From: Trichosphaerium sp. ATCC 40318
Taxonomy: Eukaryota; Protista; Tubulinea
Direction: 5' to 3'
Assembly (NCBI GenBank): GCA_038496445.1
Contig: JALMLS010000564.1
Coordinates: forward strand, 186,001-250,000
Length of the DNA: 64,000 bases
Each line of letters starts with the position of its first letter. The first letter of the stretch is position 1. The notes under the pieces were generated by a model that was not told where the DNA came from, did not search any database, and was given only the letters and a program-made list of their open reading frames with translations. Positions 1 to 11,832 of the stretch are shown here, piece after piece. Position numbers and translations under genes: made by a program.

Positions 1-683
1 AAAATGGTTGACATGTCACAATGCTCATTATTTGACCAGTAGTCATATAGCGGCGTACTTTTTGAGCATCGTGATTATACGCGACAGTACTACAATGTAT
101 CTTGACGCCAAGATTAGAAAAACAAAGACATCAGCGAATTGAATTATTTTAGCGCCATGTATGTAAATTAATAGCGTCAGTGATGATAACCTACATGCTT
201 TTAGCGTTATTTAATAGAATAATTCAAAGTTGGCATGTGTACACAACAGTAAAACAGTCTATTATGTTTCCCCAATGCGAGAAATACGCTCGGAAGCTCA
301 TGTGAACGCGAAAGTACTGTAAACTGACGTCAAGCATTAGAAATAGATTAACTGTGATCTCCAGGGTAAAGAAAGCCCAGTGTTTGGGACTGTACGAGTT
401 AAGGGCCTGTGTTAGTAACAACAAAAATAAAACGCGTAAATTCCGTTTTATTGGATACTATTGACGCCCTTGAACAACCACAGTCACTTCCTTGACACGT
501 CAGCTACGAAATTTGATCAAACCGTACCCAAATTAGTAGCCACAAGTTAGTAATGATCATGAGTACGACAGAAGCAGTGTAAAAGTGTGAAAACAAGAAC
601 AACGTTGAGCATACTGCAAGACGGTCAGATAGTGATGCCCTGCGTACTTGACTTATGCCAGAGTCAGTATCAACGCCTGACAT
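1..683 (-). CDS. Voltage-sensor/ion-transport-like 4-TM membrane protein; multi-exon, 3' end runs off the window
   Basis: Spliced reading: ...FYTASVVLMIITNLWLLIW...WAFFTLEITVNLFLMLDVSLQ...YFSHWGNIIDCFTVVLSSLTLLIY...FLILASRYIVVLSRIITMLK. It has an S2 E..D, an S3 W-N-x-x-D and an Arg-poor S4. Confidence 0.6.
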
Positions 684-907
684 GTGTTGAGCGCTGTGTG
701 GCGTACATTGCAATGACTTAAAACAAACAGGCTTTTAAGCAAGCTTTACAACGCTCAACAGTACTAGTTTCTGTACAGAACAAAGCTACCATTTGAAGGT
801 ATTCCCACTAGAAGAGGTTATGTACATGGTAAATAATCACGTTTTCCTCATCATTGTAGTCTACATTTATTGTCTCTTTTGTTTTTTTTTTGTTATTTTT
901 TCTTGGT

Positions 908-2743
908 TCAAAAATCTTCATCAACCATGAATTGTACTTCAAACGGACTTCCTTCTACATGCTCTCCGTCCAGTGTTACTACTACTTCAAATTCTCCAGC
1001 AGTTTTAGGCGTTGTTGTTAACAAGAAATTCCCGTTCTCTTCTCGTGACACTGCCACTTCATGACCCTAGGTTTTTGGTCAGTTGACCTTCAATTTTTTT
1101 TCTTGGACTTACTGGTATTGTAGCTTGTACATCATACTTTCCTTTTGTAACTCTATTGTAGAATTTGTCTTTAAGTATCAGCTCACCTGTCATTTGTTCC
1201 CCTGAACGCAGTTTTTGTTAATATAAACACGTGATTAGCAATAAAACGTACCAACCATGCCGCCATAGGCAAGTTCTCCATCTAACCTACACGTTGCAGC
1301 TGTTGCTTTACTAGGAGATACGTATAACTACAACATTGTCAGGTGGGAATACGAAAGAAAAATAATCAATCGTACCTGAAAGGGTGTGTCTGAGATGGAT
1401 TGTCCATCTTCAAGTACAAAGAATTCGTAGCGTCCTGTTCTCTCAATATTTAGAGTAACGACATAAGATCCATCACCATTACTCTTGACAGGTATATCTT
1501 CCAAATCCTCTTCCTTACCCTACATAAAAAATTGAGGTCTGTATCACGTGTTTCAAAAAGACAATGAAAATGAAGAATACCTTTAAAACGCCACATATTA
1601 CCGCTTCCTCCTTGTAAACCTGTTCTCCATAAAAATCTTTTGTAATGATAGTTAATCTGAATACTACACCCGCCTCTACCTTGTTGCTACCCTGGGTGTA
1701 ACATGTCAGTCATACATTGTTAAATCATGTTTTTTTAACTGTAACGTCAAGATGTCACAAAATCTGCGTTAAATGTTGTCATTTTCTTACGTATGCGTAA
1801 GCAACAATGGCTTGCACCATAAAGTCCATATCATCGAATAAAGGATCATCGTCATCATCTAAATTAATAGTAAGTAAAATGGAGGTCAAACGAACTATAT
1901 ATACAACCTTCAGCACGTTTTACGATTGGCGAATGCAAAGCAGTTGATTTTTCTTCTTGAGAGGCCAGTAAGTTCGTTGCTTTTCTGGTAGGTTCAGGAG
2001 CACTCTCAGCGCTCTCTTGTATTTGTGCTGGTTCTGAAGAACCATTCTTCGATGTGTCCTCGCTTGGAGTGTGTTTCTTTTCTACGACATCTGCCGGAGC
2101 ATCTTTAAGCATTTGTGTTGTTTCTGTAGGCTTTGGCGTTGTTGGTTTGGGCGCTCGATTCTCAACCTTTATTTTAGGTGATTCTACTTTCGTTGTCTTC
2201 GTTGTTGTCTTAACAGGCGCACCATATCTATTCACTTGGGATTTTCTTCTAAAGGCGGTGGTATTCTGCTTCTTTACAGCTGGTTGGGGACGTGTATCGC
2301 TTCCAAAGTATTTTTGATTAATCTCAGCGTCAATGCGAGCGAACTCTTCGTCAGTCATTTCTACAAAAAAGTAAATAAAATACCCTTCCACAAGGACGAT
2401 TTCAAGGTTGTGGTCGCCACGAATAAGAGTCGGTTACCTAGTCCAGGAGACTTTGGTCGAAATTTAGGTGATGTTTTTTGTCTGTATTGATTCTTTTTGG
2501 CTCGGAGCCTCTCTTTGCGTGATTGACGGTCTGTTGTTGGACTAGGACTTGGACTTGGGCTAGTTTTGGATTTTTGCTTTTGCTCTGCTAATAGTTTCGC
2601 CTTACGTGACTAAACAAACAGTTTTAGTAACGATTTAAAGAGTGTCAAAACAAATTAATAAAATTTCGCATTACAAAGCGGTTACGTACTTGAAGGAACA
2701 TTGACACGTTACGCCCAGCAGCTTGCTTTGGAGATGAAGACAT
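908..2743 (-). CDS. Filamin/ABP280-repeat protein (2 C-terminal Ig-like repeats, low-complexity S/P/K N-terminus)
   Basis: Spliced exons give NGDGSYVVTLNIERTGRYEFFV...ISDTPF and ENGNFLLTTTPKTAGEFEVVVTLDGEHVEGSPFEV, which are filamin repeat signatures. Stop TGA at 908-910. Confidence 0.8.
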
Positions 2744-2909
2744 TTTGTGTACAATCGAGCGGTTCAATTAGCTTCAAATACACAGGTTTACCTGTTGTAT
2801 ATGTTCGGGTAGGTGTGATGTAAAGTAAAGTAGTTTAAGGTTGAAAATAGTAGAATTGTTTTGAGCGTTAAATTTATTTTTGTTTTTTTTAAATTTATTT
2901 ATGCTAAAA

Positions 2910-4709
2910 TTACACCTGCAATACATGCTGTGGGTTTCTTTCCCATCGTGCTTCGTCATCTTTTTTGGGGTCTGGTTTTAGTGATAAAACAGATAACACT
3001 ATCGAACCAGCCATAATAAATACAATCAAAAATAGCGTCAAAGTGAGTGGAACCTGAAAAAAAAGAAAAAATGAGAAAAGAGGTCATCAAAGAAACAAAA
3101 ATAGCTCTAGAAGCCTTACATGGACATAACCAGATATCAGCATTTTACCACCAACAAACAATAAAATAAGAGCCAATCTAACAAAACACGTGAGAATCAC
3201 GTGATTAAAAAAAAACAACAAAAATGGCGTTTCGTCCACCAAGAACAAAAAGCCCACGTCAACGTACCCTCCTTGTAAGTACTTGAACTTGTGAACTAAA
3301 CTAGATACAGCAAAGAAAAGAGCACGTAGTCCCAAAATAGCACAAATATTTGATGTGTACATAACCTGTAAGAAGAACAGTATCAGCAATACTGATAACG
3401 ATGAAATGTTGCTGTATCGTACCAAAGCGTTATCCGTGAGAGATAAGATAGCAGGGATTGAATCCAAGGCAAAAATTGCATCCATAATCTCAACACAAAC
3501 TAATGCCATAAATAGTTTTGTAGCATAATAACCTCCAGATCCTGTTGAACTATCTGATGTCATAGGTAAAGCACCTTCTCTATATTTACTTTTCTTAACA
3601 AAGAAATGATCTTTGTGAAAGTCATCTGTGTAGGGGATATAGCGTTTGATAAAAGAAAAAACATAATGATCGCCAACTTCCTCTCTTGCATTTGCAATTT
3701 CTGAATTAAAAGCAGAGTTGGCATTCTAGAAAATTAATAATAAGTATCTACGCCTCATCAAAGGGAGAACGAGTTGACTAAGGCTTTTTTACACGGAATT
3801 CCATACAAATATTTTTACATGCAATAAAACAATTCAGCCGAGTTTCATCCGAAAAAATCTAGAGATGTTGCCAGTAGTTTAAAAGAAAAAGATGCTCAAA
3901 GTGACACTTACGAATTATTTCAAGAAATAAAATACTTTTCTGATTTTTCAGTGCTTGTTATGTCGTCTTATTACTTTTCGAAATTGCAAGAAAAAAAAAA
4001 GTAAAGAAACGTACATGATGTGAGTCTTTACCGAACTGTTCCATGATAAGTTTAACACCTGTATATACCAAAAGGCCACCGAATATAAATATAATAAAAT
4101 GCAATCTATGCAACAACTGTATACCCATAGAAATAAAAGCTGCACGCATGAGCAATGCGCCTAATAAAAATATCAAAAAAAAAACCTCATAGATGAAAGA
4201 ATGTGACACTCCACTGAGGTTGTCTAGAAAATAAAACCGCTTTGAATGCACTCACCTATAATTCCCCATTTTAATACAGGTTTTTGGAGGTTCAGAGGTA
4301 CTTGAAAGTGCTCGAAGATGACATGGAAAACAAAAATGTTATCAATCGATAAACCTTGTTGCAAGTTAACGTTAGTAATGCAGTTATATCTAGTTTGGAG
4401 TTGTTTGAGATTTTAGTGTACCTTTTTCTAGCAAGTAGCAAGCGTAATATTCCATTGCTGTTGTACCGCCGAAGTAGAAGTATAATAGTACACCAAAGGC
4501 CATAGCAAGAGCAATCCAGAAGGCGCTCATAATCAGAGCGTTTGCTACACCTGCATTTGTATTGCCATCGCGGTTGGGACCTATAAAGTACATAAATTGG
4601 CGATTTAGCGCTTGTTCACAGTACTTCTTTTTGATTTAAATATTTCTGTGTCTAGAACCAAAGAGAGTATCACGAATGCGCCGAATATTATCCAGATGAG
4701 CCACTCCAT
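2910..4709 (-). CDS. terC: TerC/Alx-family metal (Mn2+)-homeostasis membrane protein
   Basis: Spliced motifs YLLEKGLSIDNIFVF, VLKWGIIGALLMRAAFI, VEIMDAIFALDSIPAILSLT, YTSNICAILGLRALFF, LILLFVGGKML. Canonical GT-AG introns. Confidence 0.92.
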
Positions 4710-5009
4710 GTTTATTGTGGGAAGTGACTTGTAACGGTGCAAAAGCTAGCGTACAGAGCGCTAGATATGAGACTGCGTTTTACGCTGCGTTCTACGCGTG
4801 TAACAGGTGAATAAGTAACATGACTTTTCAGCCACGTAGGAAAAATATGACACTTCGGTCTTTTCCATTGCCACTGCGTGTACAACTTCGTTTAGGTGCT
4901 TTTTCAAAGGACATAGCTTTCGGGCGGTAAAATCTCACGCATGAAAAGCTCAGACGTGTAAATTAAAGCGGACAGCAATAGCCATACACCGGATATAACC
5001 AGGGTCATT

Positions 5010-6930
5010 ATGGCGTTAAAGTTACTACCAAATGAAATTGTTGTTGAAGTAGCCTGTTATTGCTCAGTTTTAGATCTATTAGCAATAACAAAGACCTCCA
5101 AGCGATTTTCATTCCTTTTAAACGTTCATGACTTGTGGGTGAAGCAAGTACAATTATATTGGCCGTACATTTATTTGAGGTATGTAAGCAATTCTTTACA
5201 CCGATTACAGCATTTACCAATTAAAATGAGCGTAGTCTAGTGGATTTGGAAGGTCATCAAGAATACCCTTCCCGATGGGACTGGACCGCAGGCGCACGCC
5301 TTCACCGAGAGTTTTTCTACCGGTTATGTCAAATTCGGGCAGATAAACTTGGTGGGCGGTACATGGCTAAAGGGTCACCAAGTTACAGTCCTTTTGACCC
5401 TTTCGTACACCAATTGGTTGAGTACAAAGAACACAATCAAGTACGCAGAAATTTGAAAAAAACAGAATTCTTTAACCTATCCTTGCGTCAAACTTTGTAT
5501 TTATCGCTTTAAAACATACTCACTGTATCGGTTGACTACCACGCAATTTTTGTTATTTGTTTTAATACCAGGGAGCTCATTTTTGGCGATCTCTTTCCTT
5601 TTTTAGTTGTCAATAATTCATTGTTTCTTATGAGCTTTCTAGGTCATGGACTTTATACGTGAGAATAGACAACATCCTCAATTACTTGGACTTGCTTTCT
5701 ATGCACTCAAGAGAATGATGTATAGAGAGGAACCTAACGTATATTTCATTGAAGCAGATCTTCTTGTCTGTACGTGATTTTAATATTTTTTTTTGGTTTT
5801 CTTCGTATCAACTCTTTGTTAAATCTTACGTTTGCTGGATAGCTGGTAATGCAGCTGTGGTTCTTGAGTTATTACAGACGTTCTCTGATAGAAGTTCAAT
5901 GATGCATGAAGCATTTGGCATGCTCGGAAACGCAGCAACACATCGTAAGCTTTTTTCAAAAAAACAAAAATTGAAGTATGAAAACTGTGTATTAACGTTT
6001 TATTTAACGCATATTTCTTCTATTTTGTGTTGGGTATCTATATTCTAACTTATACAAAGAACCAATGCGAGCATTTTTCTCCAAATCATCACTTCCTGCC
6101 ACAATAGTAAACGCCCTTAAGAAGTTCCCAAACGAACGGTTATTATTCCAAGACGCACTGTTTTGTACTAGAAATTGTATTCAAGGGAATCCAGGTACAT
6201 TATACAAAACCTGATAAAGGGTAAGAAGGCAAGTTTGCTTACCTTTCTTTTTTTTAAGCGGCTTTGAATCAATTTGTTAAACAAGGACTTATTCCTCCAT
6301 TACTTCGTACATTTGCTCATTGGAAAACACCACGTATGTGTAAAGATGCTGTTAAGATTGTTGCAGACTTGACATACTACGATGGTACGCTACATTAGCT
6401 TTTTTTTTTGATGTATTTTTTTTTTTTTTTTTGTGAAGGGAGCGAGCTAATGTCTTTGTTTCCTTGTAGAAAAATATTGTGCTATGCTTATTGAGCAATG
6501 TGTTTTTCTTGCTATAGAGAAGTACATACTAGAAACACCAAAAAGTGCGTATTTTTAAACGCCAAAATACACGAAATTTCTTCGACTTTTCAAGCGGTAA
6601 TCAACCTTTTTTTAAATGAGCGAAAACTTCATTTTATTGCCTGTGTGATAGTCCATAACCTGTCACAACTTACGTACATACCAGAAGCAGGAGAATTTGG
6701 TTCCATCAATAATACTGATTGTTTTCCTTGTAGGTGATCTCCCAATCGAAAACTTGGTCATTTCACTGTTCAACTTTAGTATAAACCTTGATCGTCAGAG
6801 ATATAAGCCAATATACTCAAAGTTATTACGTAAAGTAAAACCTAATGAGGCACCAGCTTTAGTACATTGGACAGCTTTAATGAGAAGTTATGGTTTAAGT
6901 GAAGCTGACTGGGTCAATGATGAAATGTAA
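5010..6930 (+). CDS. F-box protein with armadillo/HEAT-like helical repeats
   Basis: N-terminal LPNEIVVEVACYCSVLDLLAITKTSKRF (F-box). Downstream exons give ARM-like segments, e.g. GNAAVVLELLQTF...EAFGMLGNAA and VKQGLIPPLLRTF. Confidence 0.75.
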
Positions 6931-7379
6931 AATACTTGTACTGGTAAAAAAAAAAAGAAAGAAGATTCTTTATCAAAGCCAACTACGTTCATTATTTTAG
7001 TTCTCCCAAAACATCAATGCCAACAGTTTACAAATTGTTAGTTTTCAACATTAGTGATAGATGTTGTTGGATAACATTACGAAAAATTGATTCCTGTTCA
7101 CCATTATAATAAGAGGTTCTGTTTCAATATCTCGTTTCTGTAATTAAGCCATTTTCTGGTTTTTGAGTGAATCTAGTGATAGCATTTTGTTTCCACAGCA
7201 AAGGCCATTTTATGTACACTTCAACACTTAAATCATAAATATCAAGCTGCAATTCAAGGGAAGGCTTAGAAGCTGGGGAAAGTGTACCTCGTGTACTAGA
7301 TGTCATAACATCACTTGTTGTTATGGCTAGAATAACGCTTTTTTCAGTTTATGGATTTACTGATTGGCTGTCATGTCTA

Positions 7380-8364
7380 CGTTCATGAGATAAAGTAACA
7401 ACTCTTTTGTGTAAACCAATTGACCATCAATACCAAAAAAGGTCCAATGACATCAAAGCAGATCATGTGTATTGATACATTAAGTACAGAAGTCATAGAC
7501 TTGTTTTCGCTTCCAATCGAGATAATTTTATCTATTGTCGCTAGTAACGACCTAACATGGGAAGATTTAGCATCGTTACAACAATCAAACCATTACCTAT
7601 GCGAAATAATACAAAATAATTCAGATTACATTTATCGACATTTGTACCATCAGAAATGGGGCGAGGATGCTGAAGAAATAGAGTCTGCTGTCCATCAACA
7701 TATATCTAAAGAATTAAATTCTACGAGAGTATTACTATCTTCTTTACTGCCATCACCTGCTTATAACCTTGATGCAGTCACGTGGAAAGAAAAGTATCAA
7801 AACAGACTTGTTCCAAATATCATCGCAGAGTTGAGTTGTGACAAGAAGCATGTTCATAAAGGAGAGACAATAACATTCACGCTTAGCCTTGAGAATATTG
7901 GTAAAACATCAGAGAAAGTAAACCTTGGAACTGGAGGAAATACACAGCCAACCATTGAAAACATGTATGTTTGGAAACCTCTTATCACTGATGCTGGTAA
8001 GCTTCTCAATAACTGTAGACGAGACATTAACTTTTTCGAGTTTGGGCACCGTACTATCACATTGAATGCAGGAGACAAACATACATATGAGATACCATTA
8101 CTTTTTGACTCAGTGCCGCAAGAAAATTCGAATAGCATATTTTCACCAGAACTACCTCCTGGCGCATTGTCTCTGCAAGGTAGTTTCTATGAAGTTTTCA
8201 TCGCCTGTGATAAAACACCAAATGTATTTCCTCTTCAACTAGTCATGTATATGAAAACTTTTAAGGAGTCACAGAATGCGGTTATTTACTACTTTGGACA
8301 TGCATCAGCTGTTACAAGCAATGTTGTAAATCTTACAATGTACAAGACACCTTAATAAAACTCT
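7380..8364 (+). repeat. ~1 kb dispersed inverted duplication (partner 33359-34344)
   Basis: Homology runs from CGTTCATGAGATAAAG upstream of the ATG to AAAACTCT just past the stop in both copies. Confidence 0.95.
7447..8355 (+). CDS. Intronless F-box protein with C-terminal beta-sandwich (Ig-like) domain, copy A
   Basis: LFSLPIEIILSIV...LTWEDLASLQQSNHYL (F-box). LSCDKKHVHKGETITFTLSLENIG is a typical Ig-fold start. A near-identical copy lies at 33368-34276. Confidence 0.8.
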   Translation: MTSKQIMCIDTLSTEVIDLFSLPIEIILSIVASNDLTWEDLASLQQSNHYLCEIIQNNSDYIYRHLYHQKWGEDAEEIESAVHQHISKELNSTRVLLSSLLPSPAYNLDAVTWKEKYQNRLVPNIIAELSCDKKHVHKGETITFTLSLENIGKTSEKVNLGTGGNTQPTIENMYVWKPLITDAGKLLNNCRRDINFFEFGHRTITLNAGDKHTYEIPLLFDSVPQENSNSIFSPELPPGALSLQGSFYEVFIACDKTPNVFPLQLVMYMKTFKESQNAVIYYFGHASAVTSNVVNLTMYKTP

Positions 8365-8386
8365 AGTAACTACAAGAAAGTTGTTA

Positions 8387-9931
8387 TCATTTATTTTCTT
8401 TATTCTTTGAGTCTTTTTTTTTCTCTTCATCAGCAATCTCTTTCTCTTTTAATTTCCTCTTCCATTCTTGAATTTGTTCTGGTGTGTATCCTAATTCTCT
8501 TACAATACTTTGGCTAAGGCTTGGTTCATTACAAAATGAATGTTGTGCAACTTTGTCAACAGCTGGTGAAGGCGTTGTATTGAACTAATAATAATTAATG
8601 TTATGCTCCCCTTTAGCTCTTTGTGAATATACCTGTACTATGGGAGCACCATTCCAATTTATCTCGCTTAAAAATTTACTGGATCGACCAGCAGCACCTT
8701 ACATATTTGTTAGCTGAGGTTGGAATTTTTCTTAAATTTTTCATAAAATCAAAGCATTGATAATTGACGTACAGTCATGACCAACAACAATATACAAGTC
8801 ACATGAAGTTAATGAAGAATTTAAATCGTCTTGCATGTGCTGCTCTAATTCTTCATTAGGCCAGGTAATATTAGGTCTCTATCTTTCATTAGCAGAAGAA
8901 AAAACTTGTAATAAAAAAAAACTAACAAATCTCATGTTGCTCTCTTGATTTTGTGTACTTTGCTTGTACTAGTACACTAGCATCAAGAGTCTAATTTGAT
9001 TTGGGAGATTTTAGTACTTCATGGGTTAACTCAGACCAGAAGTGATAGCGTGACTCCCATCAGAAAAAAATGCGAAATAACATGTTTTCGAAATCAACGT
9101 ACAACTGGTTGTTTTGGTTTACAGAACCTACAAGCCGGTAGGGATTGAGTATCTATCTTAACATCTTCAACACCTTCACCAGGATCACCTTTGCCGCTCA
9201 AAGCGTCGCATATAGGATGGTCATACACTTTATAGTCAGAATGGCAATTCAAGCACTGCACCTCCCATATATTTCCACCAACCTCAATCATATTCTTTGT
9301 ACCAGCCTACCTCACATAAACAAGTTGAAAGCAGAACCATTAAACAAGAAACTTTCTTTTGATATTTGTCAACGTAACGTACTCTTGTATGAAAATTATC
9401 AGTCGCTTCAGTTACCTACAAGTTGTATTTAGCCATTGAAACAATTTTACATAATCTCATCTAGTACAAGTGTAAAGTCCTTGTCTTGTTTGTATAAATC
9501 ATCTTCTAACATTGCCATAGCGTAATGAGCGTCAGTAGGCTCAGCAGCAAGTGTCAAGTTCCTCCTTTTTTAATAGAATTAAGACTGAACTGTATGAAAC
9601 GCTGAGCTCACCTGTGATGATAGAATTCCCATACCAAGCTAGGATTGTCATTAAACGCTGCAATGTTCTCCAGGCGGCCAGACTTAAACATTGTTAGGGA
9701 CAGTTGGACGGTTTAGATACGTTAACTCACGTTATACTTTCGAAATTTGATATTTCCAGGTGTGAAGTCTATGCCACTTTCGATAGAAAGGCTAGGTCCT
9801 AGAGACAAGGTTTAATAGCCAAACCAGAAAGCGAATGTCAAAAAACAGACTAGTGTCAAAGGTAAAAGGGTACCTGTGTATATCACTGGCCTTTCAGACG
9901 CCTTTAATACATCTCTAAAGGTACCAGACAT
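8387..9931 (-). CDS. SIRT5/CobB-like sirtuin with degenerate catalytic motifs (probable pseudoenzyme)
   Basis: Spliced: IYTGPSLSIESGI...NPSLVWEFYHHRR...EPTDAHYAMA...VTEATDNFHTRAGTKNMIEVGGNIWEVQCLNC...LPACRFC...RPNITWPNE...CDLYIVVGHD...VQFNTTPS. This is colinear with class III sirtuins. Confidence 0.85.
8932..9062 (-). ncRNA. Candidate intronic box H/ACA snoRNA
   Basis: Lies in an unusually long (~220 nt) sirtuin intron, on the sense strand. Hairpin 1 (TGGGAG..CTCCCA, ACTTC-TGG..CCA-GAAGT), H box AAATCA, hairpin 2 (CTCTTGAT..ATCAAGAG, GTGTACT..AGTACAC), then ACA about 14-15 nt after the pocket. Length ~130 nt. Confidence 0.7.
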
Positions 9932-10328
9932 GGCTATCTGCGCATTTGTATAAGTAATCGTGTAAAAATATGTTAAAAGCGATTTTTAGTGCTTTTGCGC
10001 GTAGGGAATGCGTCAAGGAGCTATTTCATACTAAAATAATTAGCATTAGTGTATTTATTCGTCTGTACCCTTCTTAGTAGCCATTTGACCCATTTTGTAT
10101 ACGTAGTACGCTTGATTGTTGTAAACTACACTGATTAAGCTAAAACTGACGGAATTTTTTCAAACTTGGTCAATTTTATTGCAGTCAAGATTAAGCGATC
10201 ACGTGATGGAAAACAACATGCGCAAAGCTGCTACAGAAGTGTACGCTAACTAAAGTAATCCGCTGCGATATTTTTAAGTTTGTAAAATAGGAAACCACTG
10301 ATTATTTGGATAAGGCTTTGCCAATATT

Positions 10329-11749
10329 TTATTTGGATTCAGCTTTCTTGAATGCAGCGAAGGAATCCCTTAAATTTTGTTTGACGTCTTGTCCAGCAAA
10401 AATGTGATCAATTGCTTTTTCAGAGATTTGGAATAAATCGCTGTTGGTAAATTTGAAAGCTTTGGCTAGGTGCTCATACTCCTTTGATAGCGTAGTATTG
10501 AATACACCCATATCGTCAGTCTAAAAGAGTGAAAGTTAGTACTAGGGAGAAAGAGACGAGTATTCGCTTACAGCTAAATTCATTGGATAGTCTTCTTTAA
10601 AAAACTTTTTAAAGTTGTGGTCGTCATACCCTTTGATTTTATTAATGAAGAGAATCGTAATATGATGTTGTACCTTTACAACTCTTTGTGATGACATTAG
10701 ATGTTAAACATATTTCTAGGGGTGCCCTCAAATTCATCATTTCGTCCCAAATTTTATCATCCTTTAAAACCTTTAGTCAATCCAGATACAGCGTCTTCGT
10801 ACCAAGTAACATGCATGACCAAGTCGTTCAGGCTTGAATTTTAACATTGCAATACTTTCTTCTTGTGTATACGTTTCTGCAAAATGCAGAGTAATTGGTA
10901 GATTGGCATCACGTGCTTAACAAAATACGTAAGAAAAAAATAAGAAACGGAATGTTATTACCTTTCTGAAGCACCGGCAAAAAATCTTTAAAAGAGCCTT
11001 TCTAGTAATACATTTTAACTTATTACTATTATGGTAGTACTTACGGTAGGGTTACCAGAAAAATCAACACCAACAACACCCTTTCCTTTGTACTGTATCG
11101 CCAAGTCAACATTTTCTTCTGCAGACTCACTAGTTTTTTAACAAAATGTTAAGAAACATCATTCTTCTAAAGTCTAACTTCAAAAGACGAACATTGATTG
11201 GCTTCTATTAATACTAACAAGCAACTTGACAATGATATCAACCTTTTCTGCTTTGCACTCTTCAATGGCAGAAAGGATAGTCTCAATGTAGCTTACAAGT
11301 CTTAGCAATAAACACTGGAACAAAAAAAAATGTACCCAAGCTTTGTCATTCCTGTTTTCGCGTTGGCTCTAGGTGTAGAGCGTAGTTCGAGGTATTTTAC
11401 ATTATCGGCGGCAAAATCGCGAATTACTTCGCAAGCAATGCGGCGTATTGCTTCAAGGTTGTCTGTGATGGTATGTATCATGTCAAATAGTTCAAAACAG
11501 CTAAATGTGAAAGTGTCATTAATGAAAAGTCTTCTTTTGGTATGCTTACGCTCCTAGCTCACGTTTTGTTGGCAATTTCAAGCCTGCGCTTGTTTTTTCT
11601 TTGTGAAGTTCTACGAGCGTAGAATCACGAATAGAACCGCCCAAATGAGCATGAAGCTCCTTTATAATTGTTAAGAAGCTATTAGCACTCACGAAACGTA
11701 CAATTTTAGGTAATTTACCAACAAATTCGCTGGTATACGTTTGGGACAT
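10329..11749 (-). CDS. ADAL: Adenosine deaminase-like protein (ADAL/MAPDA, N6-methyl-AMP deaminase family)
   Basis: LPKIELHAHLGGSIR, VKYLELRSTPR, GVVGVDFSGNP, TLHFAE, FKPERLGHAC, PLEICLTSN, TDDMGVF. All introns canonical. Confidence 0.92.
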
Positions 11750-11832
11750 CAAATGACGTGTTGTATTAACAAATAAGTTAAGGTACGTCAAAATCTTTTA
11801 CACTACAAAATCAGTCATAGTCAACAATAAGC

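Noticed and set aside
408-459. GTATCC donor as a third U12 intron
   Set aside because: Donor continues AA rather than TT, and the branch is ordinary CTAAC; more likely U2.
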